Part shown: piece by piece, positions 44,346 through 53,894 of the stretch
Position numbering within the stretch: the first letter of the stretch is position 1
How the letters are laid out: every line of letters starts with the position of its first letter
From: an uncultured Candidatus Saccharibacteria bacterium
GTDB lineage: Bacteria; Patescibacteriota; Minisyncoccia; Phycocordibacterales; DSPV01
Assembly: GCA_964617735.1 (NCBI GenBank)
Contig: CAZTXT010000001.1
Coordinates: 600,549 to 664,548, forward strand
Direction of reading: 5' to 3'
DNA: 64,000 bases
Notes under the pieces: model-generated
The model's database searches: none
Told to the model about the DNA's origin: nothing
Seen by the model: only the letters and a program-made list of their open reading frames with translations
Program-made: the position numbers and the translations under genes

Positions 44346-46427
44346 TTATATATCCAAATTCGCCATCTTGGCGTTCGACTGTATGAATGACTTGCGTGCC
44401 GGTACATCCGTGCCCATGAGCATATCAAAGACTTTATCTGCTTCCTGCGCATCTTCTATCGTGACTTGTTTGAGAACACGCCTCGCCGGATCCATCGTCG
44501 TCTCCCACAACTCATCAGAATTCATCTCGCCCAAGCCCTTGTAGCGTTGAATATGCAACTTATCTTTCACGGATTTTCCTTTTTCAGCTTTCGCCTCCTG
44601 TTCGTCTTTTGCTTCTCCTTCAGGAACTTCCGCAGCAGGTTCGTCTTCGGAAACCAAATCCGTATCGGAGATCTTGCCGAGTGCCTTCTGCCGCTCGTTC
44701 TCGGTATAGAAATAACTGATCTCCTTGCCCTTCTTCACTTTATACAGCGGCGGCTGGGCAATGTAGACAAAGCCACCATCAAGAAGTGGTCGGAAATAGC
44801 GATAGAGGAGTGTCAAAATAAGCGTGCGGATATGCGCGCCGTCTACGTCGGCATCGGTCGCGATAACGATCTTGTGATAACGAAGTTTGGAGAGATCGAA
44901 CGTGTCCCCGATCGCGGTGCCAATAGCGACGACGAGATTCTTGATCTGCTCGGATGAAAGCATCTTATCGAGTCTCGCTCGCTCGATATTAAGGATCTTG
45001 CCGCGCAAAGGTAAAATGGCCTGAATACGCCGATCACGCCCCATTTTCGCGGTACCGCCGGCGCTATCTCCCTCGACAATGAAGAGTTCGGATTCAGTCG
45101 GATCATTCGACTGGCAGTCAGCGAGCTTCCCGGGAAGCGTCATGCCTTCAAGAGCGCCTTTGCGGAGGACCGAATCTTTTGCGGCCTTAGCCGCTTTGCG
45201 CGCTTTCATCGCCAGTACGACCTTGTTGATGATCGCGCGGGCATCGTCAGGCTTCTCTTCGAGGAACGCCGCGAATGCCTCGGCAAAAACCGAGTTTACC
45301 GCCGCTTGCGCTTCAACAGATCCAAGTTTCGCCTTCGTCTGCCCTTCAAACTGAATCTCCCGCAGCTTTACCGAGATCGCAACAGTCAAACCTTCCAACA
45401 CATCGTCGCCGGTGAATGTATCCTCGCCCTTCGCGAGATTGCTGTTCTTCGCATAGGTGTTGAGCGTACGAGTAAGTGCCGTCTTAAAGCCAGTCACATG
45501 CGTGCCGCCCTCACCATTGTAGATGTTGTTCGCGAACGGCAAGATGCGCGAGGAGATGTCGTCTACATATTGCAGCGCGACTTCCACTGATTCAACACTG
45601 TCGGATTTTTTCTCAACGTAAAAAACGTTCTTGTGGAGGGTCTTGTAGGAGCGGTTGTAGTATGAAACGAGCGATGCAAGGCCGCCCTCGAAATAGAACG
45701 TCTGTGATGGGATATCCAAACCCATTTCGCGAACGTAATAGACATCTGCGAGGTCGAGTTTTCCCTCAAAGCTTCTCGCGTCCATTACGGTAATCCGCAG
45801 CCCGCGGACAAGGTATGCCTGCTGACGCATATGGCTCACGATGCGATTGTAATCGAACTTGATCTCTGGAAAAATCGCCGAGTCGGGCTCAAAGGTAGTA
45901 ATCGTTCCGTGGAAATCTGAACTCCCGATTTTTTTTACTTTAGCTTTCGCTTTCCCTTGTTTGTACTCCTGATAGTAAACACCACCGTCACGATGTACGA
46001 CTACTTCGCAGAAAATGGAAAGCGCATTCACTACCGATGCACCCACGCCATGAAGACCTCCCGAGACTTTATACCCCTCGCCGCCGAATTTACCGCCGGC
46101 ATGCAAAGTCGTCATGATGGTTTCAAGCGCCGATACTTTGGTCTGCTTGTGCGTGTCCACGGGAATGCCGCGCCCGTTATCAGTGACGCGAACGCGATTG
46201 CCCGGCAGAAGCACTATCTCGATATCGTCGGCATAGCCGCCCATTGCTTCGTCGCGGGAATTGTCGAAAATCTCCGTAATAAGGTGATGCAAGCCGTCCG
46301 GCCCGGTCGTGCCGATATACATGCCGGGGCGCTTGCGCACCGGCTCAAGACCTTCAAGAACCGTGATGGATTCAGCCGTATAGTGATGGCCGGAACCGTT
46401 CTTTTTTTCGTCCTTATTCTTAGCCAT
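44346..46427 (-). CDS. gyrB: DNA gyrase subunit B
   Basis: GHKL ATPase (LHHLITEIFDNSRDEAMGG..), TOPRIM (EGDSAGG), EGDSAG and PLRGKILN motifs. Confidence 0.97.
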   Translation of the reverse strand: MAKNKDEKKNGSGHHYTAESITVLEGLEPVRKRPGMYIGTTGPDGLHHLITEIFDNSRDEAMGGYADDIEIVLLPGNRVRVTDNGRGIPVDTHKQTKVSALETIMTTLHAGGKFGGEGYKVSGGLHGVGASVVNALSIFCEVVVHRDGGVYYQEYKQGKAKAKVKKIGSSDFHGTITTFEPDSAIFPEIKFDYNRIVSHMRQQAYLVRGLRITVMDARSFEGKLDLADVYYVREMGLDIPSQTFYFEGGLASLVSYYNRSYKTLHKNVFYVEKKSDSVESVEVALQYVDDISSRILPFANNIYNGEGGTHVTGFKTALTRTLNTYAKNSNLAKGEDTFTGDDVLEGLTVAISVKLREIQFEGQTKAKLGSVEAQAAVNSVFAEAFAAFLEEKPDDARAIINKVVLAMKARKAAKAAKDSVLRKGALEGMTLPGKLADCQSNDPTESELFIVEGDSAGGTAKMGRDRRIQAILPLRGKILNIERARLDKMLSSEQIKNLVVAIGTAIGDTFDLSKLRYHKIVIATDADVDGAHIRTLILTLLYRYFRPLLDGGFVYIAQPPLYKVKKGKEISYFYTENERQKALGKISDTDLVSEDEPAAEVPEGEAKDEQEAKAEKGKSVKDKLHIQRYKGLGEMNSDELWETTMDPARRVLKQVTIEDAQEADKVFDMLMGTDVPARKSFIQSNAKMANLDI

Positions 46428-46544
46428 TGTTTAGGTTCCCAAAATTAAAAATACCTGCACTTAGGTAAGCCTATTTTACCAAAAATAAGCCTAAAAATAA
46501 AGGTGGAATGTGGAAAAATGTGGTGTAAAAATCAGTCCTAAGAT

Positions 46545-46576
46545 TTGACTTACACTATAGATATATGGTATAAATA
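46545..46576 (+). promoter_or_regulatory. Sigma70-like promoter (TTGACT-N18-TATAAAT) placing TSS at or next to ATG 46583 (leaderless candidate)
   Basis: Seen directly; no SD sequence between -10 and ATG. Confidence 0.35.
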
Positions 46577-46582
46577 TTCCAG

Positions 46583-46993
46583 ATGAAAACTAAACGTTCT
46601 TCTAATAATATCGGTAAAAACATTGGGACGGGGGTATTCTCGGAGACGGAGAAAAGAGCGACATTTGTTCTACTCTCTGCCATCATCATGCTCTTCGCTT
46701 CGTTCGCATTCGGGATGCCTGGGACTATGATGGCAAGTTTCTTTCTGGGAATAGTCGTCAAGGAAAAGATCAGCGACTGGCAGCCATGGCTCAAATATAC
46801 CACTCTACTGTTGGTGAGCCTGATGACTGCAGGCGTTCTCATAACATCGAGTCATCCCTTGGGATGGTTCCACATTCTCGAAGACGAAGTCTCGGCGCCA
46901 TTGAGATTCATTGGTGCCTTGGCCAGTGCATACGGGTCCTGTATCGCTGGCGCATGTCTGGGGATCATCTTCTGTGCGAGGAATAGAAAGTAA
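46583..46993 (+). CDS. Small polytopic membrane protein (paralog A)
   Basis: 4 TM; homologous to 47096-47440 product. Confidence 0.55.
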   Translation: MKTKRSSNNIGKNIGTGVFSETEKRATFVLLSAIIMLFASFAFGMPGTMMASFFLGIVVKEKISDWQPWLKYTTLLLVSLMTAGVLITSSHPLGWFHILEDEVSAPLRFIGALASAYGSCIAGACLGIIFCARNRK

Positions 46994-47004
46994 TTAAGTT
47001 CGAC

Positions 47005-47048
47005 AAGCGCCTGATCCGTCGGCCGATGGATCAGGCGCCTTTTGTTTG
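47005..47048 (+). terminator. Rho-independent terminator (13-bp stem AAGCGCCTGATCC/GGATCAGGCGCCTT)
   Basis: Long perfect stem + TTTGTTTG. Confidence 0.75.
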
Positions 47049-47095
47049 ATACTCAACAGCTGCTGTGATAACATCTGCTTGGAAAGGAACTTCGC

Positions 47096-47440
47096 ATGAA
47101 AACCCGAGCCAAAGTGTTTATACCATACACTCATCCGACCGAACGACAGAAATTTCAGCGATTTCTCGCTGTCGCCGCCGCACTCACACTCCTCGCCTGT
47201 ATTTTCTTGGGCTGGGAAGGTCACGTGCTCATCGCCGCATTCACGGGGTACATCATCGGTTGCAATGCAACCGCATCGAACACCAAACCGCGTCTCCTGG
47301 CCGCAAGCTTCCTGCTCATCGTCGGCACCTTGTTCACTTCGGTGAAAGCCCCGGGGTGGGAATATCCCCTCGTGGGCAGTATCGTCGCTTCCACGACCTG
47401 CATCCTTTTCTTTCTCCTGGGAAAGAGAATGATCGCGTAA
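47096..47440 (+). CDS. Small polytopic membrane protein (paralog B)
   Basis: RBS GGAAAGGA; 3-4 TM; shares TE(K/R)...F.LL..., PLGW/APGW blocks with paralog A. Confidence 0.55.
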   Translation: MKTRAKVFIPYTHPTERQKFQRFLAVAAALTLLACIFLGWEGHVLIAAFTGYIIGCNATASNTKPRLLAASFLLIVGTLFTSVKAPGWEYPLVGSIVASTTCILFFLLGKRMIA

Positions 47441-47459
47441 GAGCAATGCGGCTCTGAAC

Positions 47460-47493
47460 AACCCGATCCCTAGTGGATCGGGTTTCTTTTTCA
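47460..47493 (+). terminator. Rho-independent terminator (CCCGATCC/GGATCGGG + TTTCTTTTT)
   Basis: Seen directly. Confidence 0.75.
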
Positions 47494-47494
47494 G

Positions 47495-48637
47495 CTATCT
47501 GATCGCCGCCTTGAGCTCGGCCTCTGTCCTCTCCTGAATTTTTTGCTGGATCACATTAATCTCTTGATTCGTAAGCGTCCTTTCCGGAGAACGGTAGACG
47601 ATACGGAATGTATAGCTTTTCTTTCCCTTCCCGAACTTTTTATCATCTTCATATGTATCGAGCAGCTTGACCTCTTCGATCAAATTGCCCGCGTACTCTC
47701 TCACGATCTCAAAATAGTTATTCAGGCTGGTCTCTGCAGCAACGAGAAATGAAATGTCCCTGACTATCGGAGGATATTTGCTCACCTCTCTGAACGTGCT
47801 GTTGATGTCGGTAAACTGGCTCGTTATCCGTGGGTCTTCTGACCAGAGGATTCGGATATCGGGGATACTCATTTTTATCATCGCGAGACGCTCTCCAAAT
47901 CCGAATGCCCAGCCGTTGTAGACCGCAGGGTCGATCCCGAAATTCTTCATCACGATAGGATTGACGAGGCCCGCGCCATTGACTTCAAGCCAGTTGCCAT
48001 TGAACTTAATATCCATCTCAAGGCTCTCGATAGTATAGGGGAAATCGTCGTCGAGAAACTTATATTCTATATTCGCACCGAAAATTCCTTTCGCAAGATC
48101 AATCTGCACTTCTTTCAGGTCGTTTTGCGTGATAACCTTCTTCGATTTTTTGCATATCAGGAGTCCATCTATCTGGTGAAAAGCCGGGAAATGATGCCGG
48201 TCTATCTCGTCTTTCCGAAAAACGATACCCCGAGATAGTGCTTTCACCTCCCCCACCTCATCGAGCCTTCGTAGAACTTCTTTGTCTTTGAGATAAAAGG
48301 ACCACATCGCAGTCATTTGAGTCCGAAGCAAATGGTTTTCGTCTAGGTAATAAGTATCGGTCTCTCTCCTGCTCGGATGCTCTCGAGGGGTGTTTAGTAG
48401 ATCGAAATTATCCTTTACGGTGACGATTTTAGGAAAGTCAACGAGATCGAAGTCCTTAAATCGCGGGAGGTCGATTATCTGATCGAAAAGAATCTTTACC
48501 GGAGAATTCGGTTTGCGGGTAAGATCAGGCAACTGGAGCAGGCGTTGCATACGCAAACTCTTAAAATCAGTTCGCTTGAAGAGCTCTGCTTCCAGCTCTT
48601 TTTCCTTGGGATCGGTAATGGCTATCTCATTTCTCAT
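47495..48637 (-). CDS. pheS: Phenylalanine--tRNA ligase, monomeric mitochondrial-like type (PheS catalytic core fused to C-terminal FDX-ACB anticodon-binding domain)
   Basis: Class II motif 2 (FRKDEIDRHHFPAFHQIDGL), motif 3 (GWAFGFGERLAMI), C-terminal RDISFLV...KSYTFRIVYRSPERTLTNQEIN matches FDX-ACB fold normally on PheT; no pheT nearby. Confidence 0.85.
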   Translation of the reverse strand: MRNEIAITDPKEKELEAELFKRTDFKSLRMQRLLQLPDLTRKPNSPVKILFDQIIDLPRFKDFDLVDFPKIVTVKDNFDLLNTPREHPSRRETDTYYLDENHLLRTQMTAMWSFYLKDKEVLRRLDEVGEVKALSRGIVFRKDEIDRHHFPAFHQIDGLLICKKSKKVITQNDLKEVQIDLAKGIFGANIEYKFLDDDFPYTIESLEMDIKFNGNWLEVNGAGLVNPIVMKNFGIDPAVYNGWAFGFGERLAMIKMSIPDIRILWSEDPRITSQFTDINSTFREVSKYPPIVRDISFLVAAETSLNNYFEIVREYAGNLIEEVKLLDTYEDDKKFGKGKKSYTFRIVYRSPERTLTNQEINVIQQKIQERTEAELKAAIR

Positions 48638-48685
48638 AGTCAGGTATTATACGCAAAAGCTACGTTAAATACAGGAAGGAGGACT

Positions 48686-48901
48686 TCAGGCACGAAGGTA
48701 CGTGAATCTCGGTACGTGTACACCATCAACCTCCACCTCTTCGTTGAACATAGAAAGCGGCCGCACCCAATACTTTTGCTCTGATTCATCTGGAAGCGAT
48801 CCATACACAACCATGTCTTCAAGCGTTTCCGAGTGCGTGACAATGAAATGTACGCGGTAGAGTTTGCCGGTTTTCGAATGCTTATAGATACCAATTTTCA
48901 T
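48686..48901 (-). CDS. DUF1653-like small protein
   Basis: MKIGIYKHSKTGKLYRV...HSETLEDMVVYGSL...YWVRPLSMF...VPRF matches DUF1653 pattern. Confidence 0.65.
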   Translation of the reverse strand: MKIGIYKHSKTGKLYRVHFIVTHSETLEDMVVYGSLPDESEQKYWVRPLSMFNEEVEVDGVHVPRFTYLRA

Positions 48902-48937
48902 TTTTTATCAATTCTGCGAAAACTGCTTCAGGTATCC

Positions 48938-50587
48938 TTAGGCCTTCCTCGTATCCAAATGTGCAAGGGCGTAGTCGAGCGTACCACCGACTTTTTTCCC
49001 GGGATTGAAGATGCCGAGGGGGTCGAATATCTTTTTAGTCTGCTCGAATAGCTTGTACACCGCATTTCCATACGCCTGTGGCAAGAATGGCGTACGGATG
49101 AGGCCGTCGTTATGTTCGCTGGTGATAGAACCTTTGTAGCGGATCACAAGATCGTACACTTTCTTCGAGAGGGAGACGATGGTGTCTTTCATCTTCGGAT
49201 CGGTCGGATCCATCAGAGGAATGATGTGGAAATTTCCGTCGCCGACATGGCCTGCGACCGTATAAATCATTTTATACTCCCCCAAGATCTTGTAGAGCTC
49301 GGGTAGAAACTTTGGCAAAAGATGCGCTTGCACGGAGAAATCATCGATGAACGGTGCGGTGCGCAAGCCTCGGACGTGCTTGCGTAAAAGGTTGAAGCTC
49401 TCATGGCGGATGATCCAGAACTCTTGCGACTCTTCTTCCGATTTCGTTACGCGCACTTTAACGCCAGCTATTCTCCTAAGCTCATCCGCCGCAGTATGCA
49501 TTATTTTCTCGACCTCCCCGACCGTATCACCGCTGAATTCAGCGAGCAGGACCAGTTTCGGGATACCACCGGTAACGATAAACCACGCCTCGGGAATGGA
49601 ACTCAATACCAGGCGCAGAAAATTTCCTTTTATCTGATGTAGGATCTCGGGGAAGAATTTGAATGCAAGCTTGAACGTGCTGTCGTCATAAGATTCGAGG
49701 CTCTCGGGCTTAAAGGGCAAGATTCTCTCCGTCAGCTCGGTCAGCGAATCGAGATTTTTGATGAAAATGACCATCAGACGGGATACCGGCTTAGGTCGAA
49801 TGAGTTTCAGCTTGATTTGGGTGATGATACCCAAGGTCCCCTGTGAGCCGACGAGAAGTTTGGTGAGATCGAACGTACGCGTTTTAGGATTGAGAACATT
49901 CCAGAGGTAGTAACCCGATGAATTCTTCGTTACCGCGGGCTTCGCATCCAAAAGCAGCTTCAGATTCTCGGCGATGAGCGCGTACATGCGCTTATAGATC
50001 TCCGATTCGAACGTCCCTCCCACTTCTTTCTGTATCAGCTCATGGGGTGTTTGAAGCGAAAAGACATACTCATTGCCATCGGCGAGCACTACCCTCAGCG
50101 ATTCGACATATCGTTCGGTTTTACCGTATTGCAAGGTCTTCTCGCCCCCCGCGTTGTTCGCCACCATGCCGCCGATCGTGCAGAGCTCCCGCGAGGCCGG
50201 GTAGCTGGGCATAAGGAGACCCTTCGCAAGAGTCTGTTTCTCAAAATCGCGATAGTACATACCCGGCTCTACCACCGCGTAATCGGCACCGATCTCAATG
50301 AGCCGGTTGAAATACTTCGTCATATCCATGACGATTGATTCGGTCAAGGGCCCGCCGGTCATATCGGTTCCCGCCGAGCGCGCCGTGAGCGAGACAGCGC
50401 GGCCTTTTGAACGCTCTTCGCCAACGAATCTGACAAGCTTCTTGATATCTTCGACATCCTTTGGGAATACGACGACTGCAGGACGGACGCAAAAAAGGCT
50501 CGCGTCCCGGCTGTATTTCTCAAGGGCAGAGCTCGAATCGTCGACGTCTCCTTTGATCAGAGATTTTATTTCATCCGAAAGGGCCAT
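48938..50587 (-). CDS. FAD-linked oxidase (GlcD / D-lactate dehydrogenase family, FAD-binding PCMH domain)
   Basis: FAD-binding 4 domain motifs (RSAGTDMTGG, IGGMVANNAGG), C-terminal FAD-oxidase domain. Confidence 0.85.
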   Translation of the reverse strand: MALSDEIKSLIKGDVDDSSSALEKYSRDASLFCVRPAVVVFPKDVEDIKKLVRFVGEERSKGRAVSLTARSAGTDMTGGPLTESIVMDMTKYFNRLIEIGADYAVVEPGMYYRDFEKQTLAKGLLMPSYPASRELCTIGGMVANNAGGEKTLQYGKTERYVESLRVVLADGNEYVFSLQTPHELIQKEVGGTFESEIYKRMYALIAENLKLLLDAKPAVTKNSSGYYLWNVLNPKTRTFDLTKLLVGSQGTLGIITQIKLKLIRPKPVSRLMVIFIKNLDSLTELTERILPFKPESLESYDDSTFKLAFKFFPEILHQIKGNFLRLVLSSIPEAWFIVTGGIPKLVLLAEFSGDTVGEVEKIMHTAADELRRIAGVKVRVTKSEEESQEFWIIRHESFNLLRKHVRGLRTAPFIDDFSVQAHLLPKFLPELYKILGEYKMIYTVAGHVGDGNFHIIPLMDPTDPKMKDTIVSLSKKVYDLVIRYKGSITSEHNDGLIRTPFLPQAYGNAVYKLFEQTKKIFDPLGIFNPGKKVGGTLDYALAHLDTRKA

Positions 50588-50704
50588 AACGAATAACTAC
50601 ATTATAGCCCACGCTAGGGGTGCATACGGTAAAGACGTGTATAACTTATTCCCCGACCCGTCCCTGGTTCAAATCCTCACGGCATCTCACTCACTTCGTT
50701 CGTG

Positions 50705-50776
50705 AGCCGCCCCTCGGATTTGAACCGAGAACCTTCGCTTTACAAAAGCGTTGCTCTACCGTTGAGCTAGGGCGGC
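50705..50776 (-). tRNA. tRNA-Thr (anticodon TGT)
   Basis: Manual fold: acceptor GCCGCCC/GGGCGGC, D arm GCTC-AACGGTA-GAGC, anticodon arm ACGCT-TTTGTAA-AGCGA (TGT), 5-nt variable loop, T arm CTCGG-TTCAAAT-CCGAG, discriminator U; CCA not encoded. Confidence 0.8.
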
Positions 50777-50834
50777 GCTAAAAAAGGCCTCGTACGGCCT
50801 TCAGAAACTAGTATATATTCAAGAGCGCTGTATT

Positions 50835-51236
50835 TCAAATCTTGTGCGGTCCCGTGGTTCGCTTCAGAGCGTTTTTATAATCCACGACATCCTGTATGAA
50901 GAGCGACGCAGATTTGCGCTCGATCTTCTGTTCACGCGCGAATTCTCTCCAGTGCCTGACGCGGCGCTCAACGGTTTGGATAAGGAAGTGCACATAGGCG
51001 GCGAAGATATGGTGCACATGATGCACAAAAACCGAGCTGTAATGCCACATCTGCATCAGCACCACACGCAGTAGTACCGATAATCTCCTGATCATAGTGC
51101 TCAAGGGCAGATCAAACCGACCCAGGAACTTCGAGATCAATCCCTGTCTTCCGAGATTAAGGCTCACCCACTTACCAGCCATCATGGCGGAAAGAAGCGC
51201 GAGGGAAATAAAGAAGAGTAGACTTGAGGATGGCAT
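50835..51236 (-). CDS. Small membrane protein with His-rich motif (VFVHHVHHIFAAYVHF), co-transcribed downstream of tsf
   Basis: 133-aa ORF starting 4 nt after tsf stop; 2-3 TM. Confidence 0.45.
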   Translation of the reverse strand: MPSSSLLFFISLALLSAMMAGKWVSLNLGRQGLISKFLGRFDLPLSTMIRRLSVLLRVVLMQMWHYSSVFVHHVHHIFAAYVHFLIQTVERRVRHWREFAREQKIERKSASLFIQDVVDYKNALKRTTGPHKI

Positions 51237-51239
51237 AAT

Positions 51240-51830
51240 CTAGAGGGCTAAGCGCACAAATTTTATCAATTCGATCTTCTCACCAAACTTCTGTATTGCG
51301 CTCTGGATAAGATCGCGGACGGTGATCTCCGGATTCTTTATGAACGACTGCTCAAGCAAAGCCTTCTCATTGAAATACGAGCCGAGCTTCCCTTCCATGA
51401 TCTTCTCTTGCATGGCTTTGGGTTTTCCCGCGACTTCTTTGGCAAAAACCTCCCGCGCGGTTTGCTTGGCATCCTCCGGGACCTGATCGAAACTGACATA
51501 TTCGGGAGCAGTAGCGGCTACCTGCATCGCGAGATCGCGGGCGAGTGACTGGAATTCCTGATTGCTTGAAACGAAATCGGTCTCGCAGGAAAGCAATACC
51601 ATCGCGCCGATAGCGCCGTTGGAGTGCGTGTAGGAAGCGACGGTTCCGGCTTTAAGCTCTCGGTCGGCTTTCTTGGCGGCAGTAGCTGCGCCTTTCTTGC
51701 GTAAAAGCACGATCGCCTTTTCGACATCTCCGCCTGCTTCCTCGAGGGCCTTTTTGCATTGCATAACCGAAACGCCCGTCTTATCGCGCAATGCTTTGAT
51801 TACCTCCGTGGAGACTTCTTTGTTGGCCAT
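51240..51830 (-). CDS. tsf: Elongation factor Ts
   Basis: N-terminal UBA-like (IKALRDKTGVSVMQCKKALEEAGGDVEKAI) and dimerisation domain. Confidence 0.93.
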   Translation of the reverse strand: MANKEVSTEVIKALRDKTGVSVMQCKKALEEAGGDVEKAIVLLRKKGAATAAKKADRELKAGTVASYTHSNGAIGAMVLLSCETDFVSSNQEFQSLARDLAMQVAATAPEYVSFDQVPEDAKQTAREVFAKEVAGKPKAMQEKIMEGKLGSYFNEKALLEQSFIKNPEITVRDLIQSAIQKFGEKIELIKFVRLAL

Positions 51831-51863
51831 AGGAAATAGTATAACAGATCGGCAATCCCTTGG

Positions 51864-52574
51864 TTAAGCCGATCCCGTGCGTCCCTCTTTTATGGCCGAA
51901 ACTATAGAGTTTATGAAAAACGCGATACTCGCTCGGGCACTGTCATTGCCCGCCACCGGGATATCAATCAATGAAAGATCGCAGTCAGAACCGGCGAGCG
52001 CAAGGACTTTCACCGCGGTTTTGTGCGCTTCCGCCACCGCGATATGCTCGCGTCCCGGATCGACGACAATGAGCGCCGCCGGAATGCTTTTGAGACTGAT
52101 AAGTCCGGAAAAAAGAGATTCGAGTCGTTCAATCTCGCGATCTATCATCAAGCGCTCCCGTTTAGTATATTTCGAGAGCTCGCCTTTTTCGCGCTTTTCG
52201 CGCAAATCGATCAGCTTATCGATGCGACCACGGATGACGTTGAAGTTGGTGAGCGTGCCTCCGATCCAGCGTCCGGCGACATACGGCATACCAAGCTCCT
52301 GCCCCGCTTGCTTGATCATCTCCGTCGCTTCATGTTTGCTTGAGACAAAAACCACCTGCTTACCTTCTTTGCCGAGTGTGCGTGCAAATTCTTTTGCGCG
52401 TTCTAAAAGCTCCTTCGTTTTCTCCAAATCGAAGATGTCAATGGAATTCTTGGCACCGAAAATAAAAGGTTTAACGGATGGATGACGGCGAGAACGCGCG
52501 TAGCCGTAATGAGCGCCCGCGCTAAAAAGCGCATCTATCAAGGGGTCATTTTTAGTTTCTTTGACCATTTCCAT
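51864..52574 (-). CDS. rpsB: 30S ribosomal protein S2
   Basis: LFSAGAHYGY...RWIGGTLTNF S2 signatures. Confidence 0.95.
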   Translation of the reverse strand: MEMVKETKNDPLIDALFSAGAHYGYARSRRHPSVKPFIFGAKNSIDIFDLEKTKELLERAKEFARTLGKEGKQVVFVSSKHEATEMIKQAGQELGMPYVAGRWIGGTLTNFNVIRGRIDKLIDLREKREKGELSKYTKRERLMIDREIERLESLFSGLISLKSIPAALIVVDPGREHIAVAEAHKTAVKVLALAGSDCDLSLIDIPVAGNDSARASIAFFINSIVSAIKEGRTGSA

Positions 52575-52632
52575 AGAGGAGATAGCTTAGCAGAAAAATA
52601 TACTGACCGCAACTATACGGCGACTCCGATCG

Positions 52633-53595
52633 TCAGTTCATTTTGAGCGCTGCAGCGGAGAGAGCTTCGACGATTGGTTCGAGATTCCCTTCAAAAACAT
52701 GCTCCATATTGTGCCACGATTCCTTGATGCGGTGATCAGTTATCCGGTCTTGCAGCCAGTTATACGTGCGGATCTTCTCGCTTCTATCTCCCGTTCCCAC
52801 TTGCGCTTTGCGGTTCGCGGAATATTTTTTAGCCTCTTCTTCATCCCGCAGTACCTGCAATTTCGCTTTAAGAATGCTGAGTGCATGCTCGCGGTTTGCC
52901 ACCTGGCTTCGCTCTGCCGTGGAACGCACGGTGAGCCCAGTCGGCTTATGGGTCAACCGTACGGCGGTTTCCACCTTATTGACGTTCTGGCCTCCCTTTC
53001 CCCCGGCGCGGGAGAATTCTATTTCAAGGTCAGCGGGGCTTATCTCGACTTTACTAGACTGACGCAAGGGCAATATGGCAACCGAAGCGGTCGAGGTGTG
53101 GATGCGGCCCGACTTCTCTGTTGGCGGCACCCGCTGGATGCGGTGCACTCCAGTCTCGAACTGGAGTTTGCGATACGCGTCCTTACCGTGAATCTCAAAG
53201 ACACCTTCTTTATAGCCGCCCAGATCCGACTTCGACTCGTCAACGACTCGAAAATCCCACCCCTGGGTCTGGCTGTAGCGTTTATACAGCTCGGCAAGTT
53301 GCGCCGCAAAAAGTGCGGCCTCTTCACCGCCGGCTCCGGCGCGAACCTCCAATACGATATCGCTCGGAAATTCCTCCTCTTCTTTTTCCGCTTCCGCTAT
53401 CTTCTTCATCTGATTCGCAAGTTCGGCAAGCTGGGCTGAAAGTGTCGCTTGTTCCCCTTTCGCCATCTCGGCAAGACCGGGATCGGTGGACATCTTTTCT
53501 AATTCACGGTACTCCGAAAGCAGCCGCTCATACTCGGAAGCGAGAAATGAAGTTTTACGGTTCTCTTTGAATGGCGTGAGATCGAAATCGTTCAT
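52633..53595 (-). CDS. prfA: Peptide chain release factor (class I; PxT-type tripeptide suggests RF1)
   Basis: GGQ motif ([16 protein letters not shown]), [14 protein letters not shown] tripeptide region closer to RF1 PxT than RF2 SPF; no internal frameshift site. Confidence 0.8.
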   Translation of the reverse strand: MNDFDLTPFKENRKTSFLASEYERLLSEYRELEKMSTDPGLAEMAKGEQATLSAQLAELANQMKKIAEAEKEEEEFPSDIVLEVRAGAGGEEAALFAAQLAELYKRYSQTQGWDFRVVDESKSDLGGYKEGVFEIHGKDAYRKLQFETGVHRIQRVPPTEKSGRIHTSTASVAILPLRQSSKVEISPADLEIEFSRAGGKGGQNVNKVETAVRLTHKPTGLTVRSTAERSQVANREHALSILKAKLQVLRDEEEAKKYSANRKAQVGTGDRSEKIRTYNWLQDRITDHRIKESWHNMEHVFEGNLEPIVEALSAAALKMN

Positions 53596-53643
53596 AGATA
53601 TGGAAAAACGGCTCCGATCCGGGTCGGAGCCGTTTTTAGTTCG

Positions 53644-53874
53644 TTACTTAGATGCCTTTGTCTTCGGAGATGACTTTTTGGCAAGGCGAGCCTTGAAGCG
53701 CTCGACGCGGCCAGCGGTATCCAAAACTTTGTCATTTCCGGTATAGAACGGATGGCAATTGGAGCAGATTTCAACATGCATGCTCTCCTTTGTAGAACCA
53801 ACAGTAAAACTGTTCCCGCAGGAGCAGGTGACTTTAGCGTGCTCGAAATATTTTGGATGTATGTCGGTTTGCAT
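53644..53874 (-). CDS. rpmE: 50S ribosomal protein L31
   Basis: MQTDIHPKY...CxCG...[10 protein letters not shown] typical L31; internal Met start. Confidence 0.9.
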   Translation of the reverse strand: MQTDIHPKYFEHAKVTCSCGNSFTVGSTKESMHVEICSNCHPFYTGNDKVLDTAGRVERFKARLAKKSSPKTKASK

Positions 53875-53894
53875 GTTCGTATAGATAAACACCT

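Noticed and set aside
50600-50700. Second tRNA suggested by the GGTTCAAATCC T-loop-like sequence
   Set aside because: It could not be folded into a cloverleaf on either strand; only an 11-mer matches.
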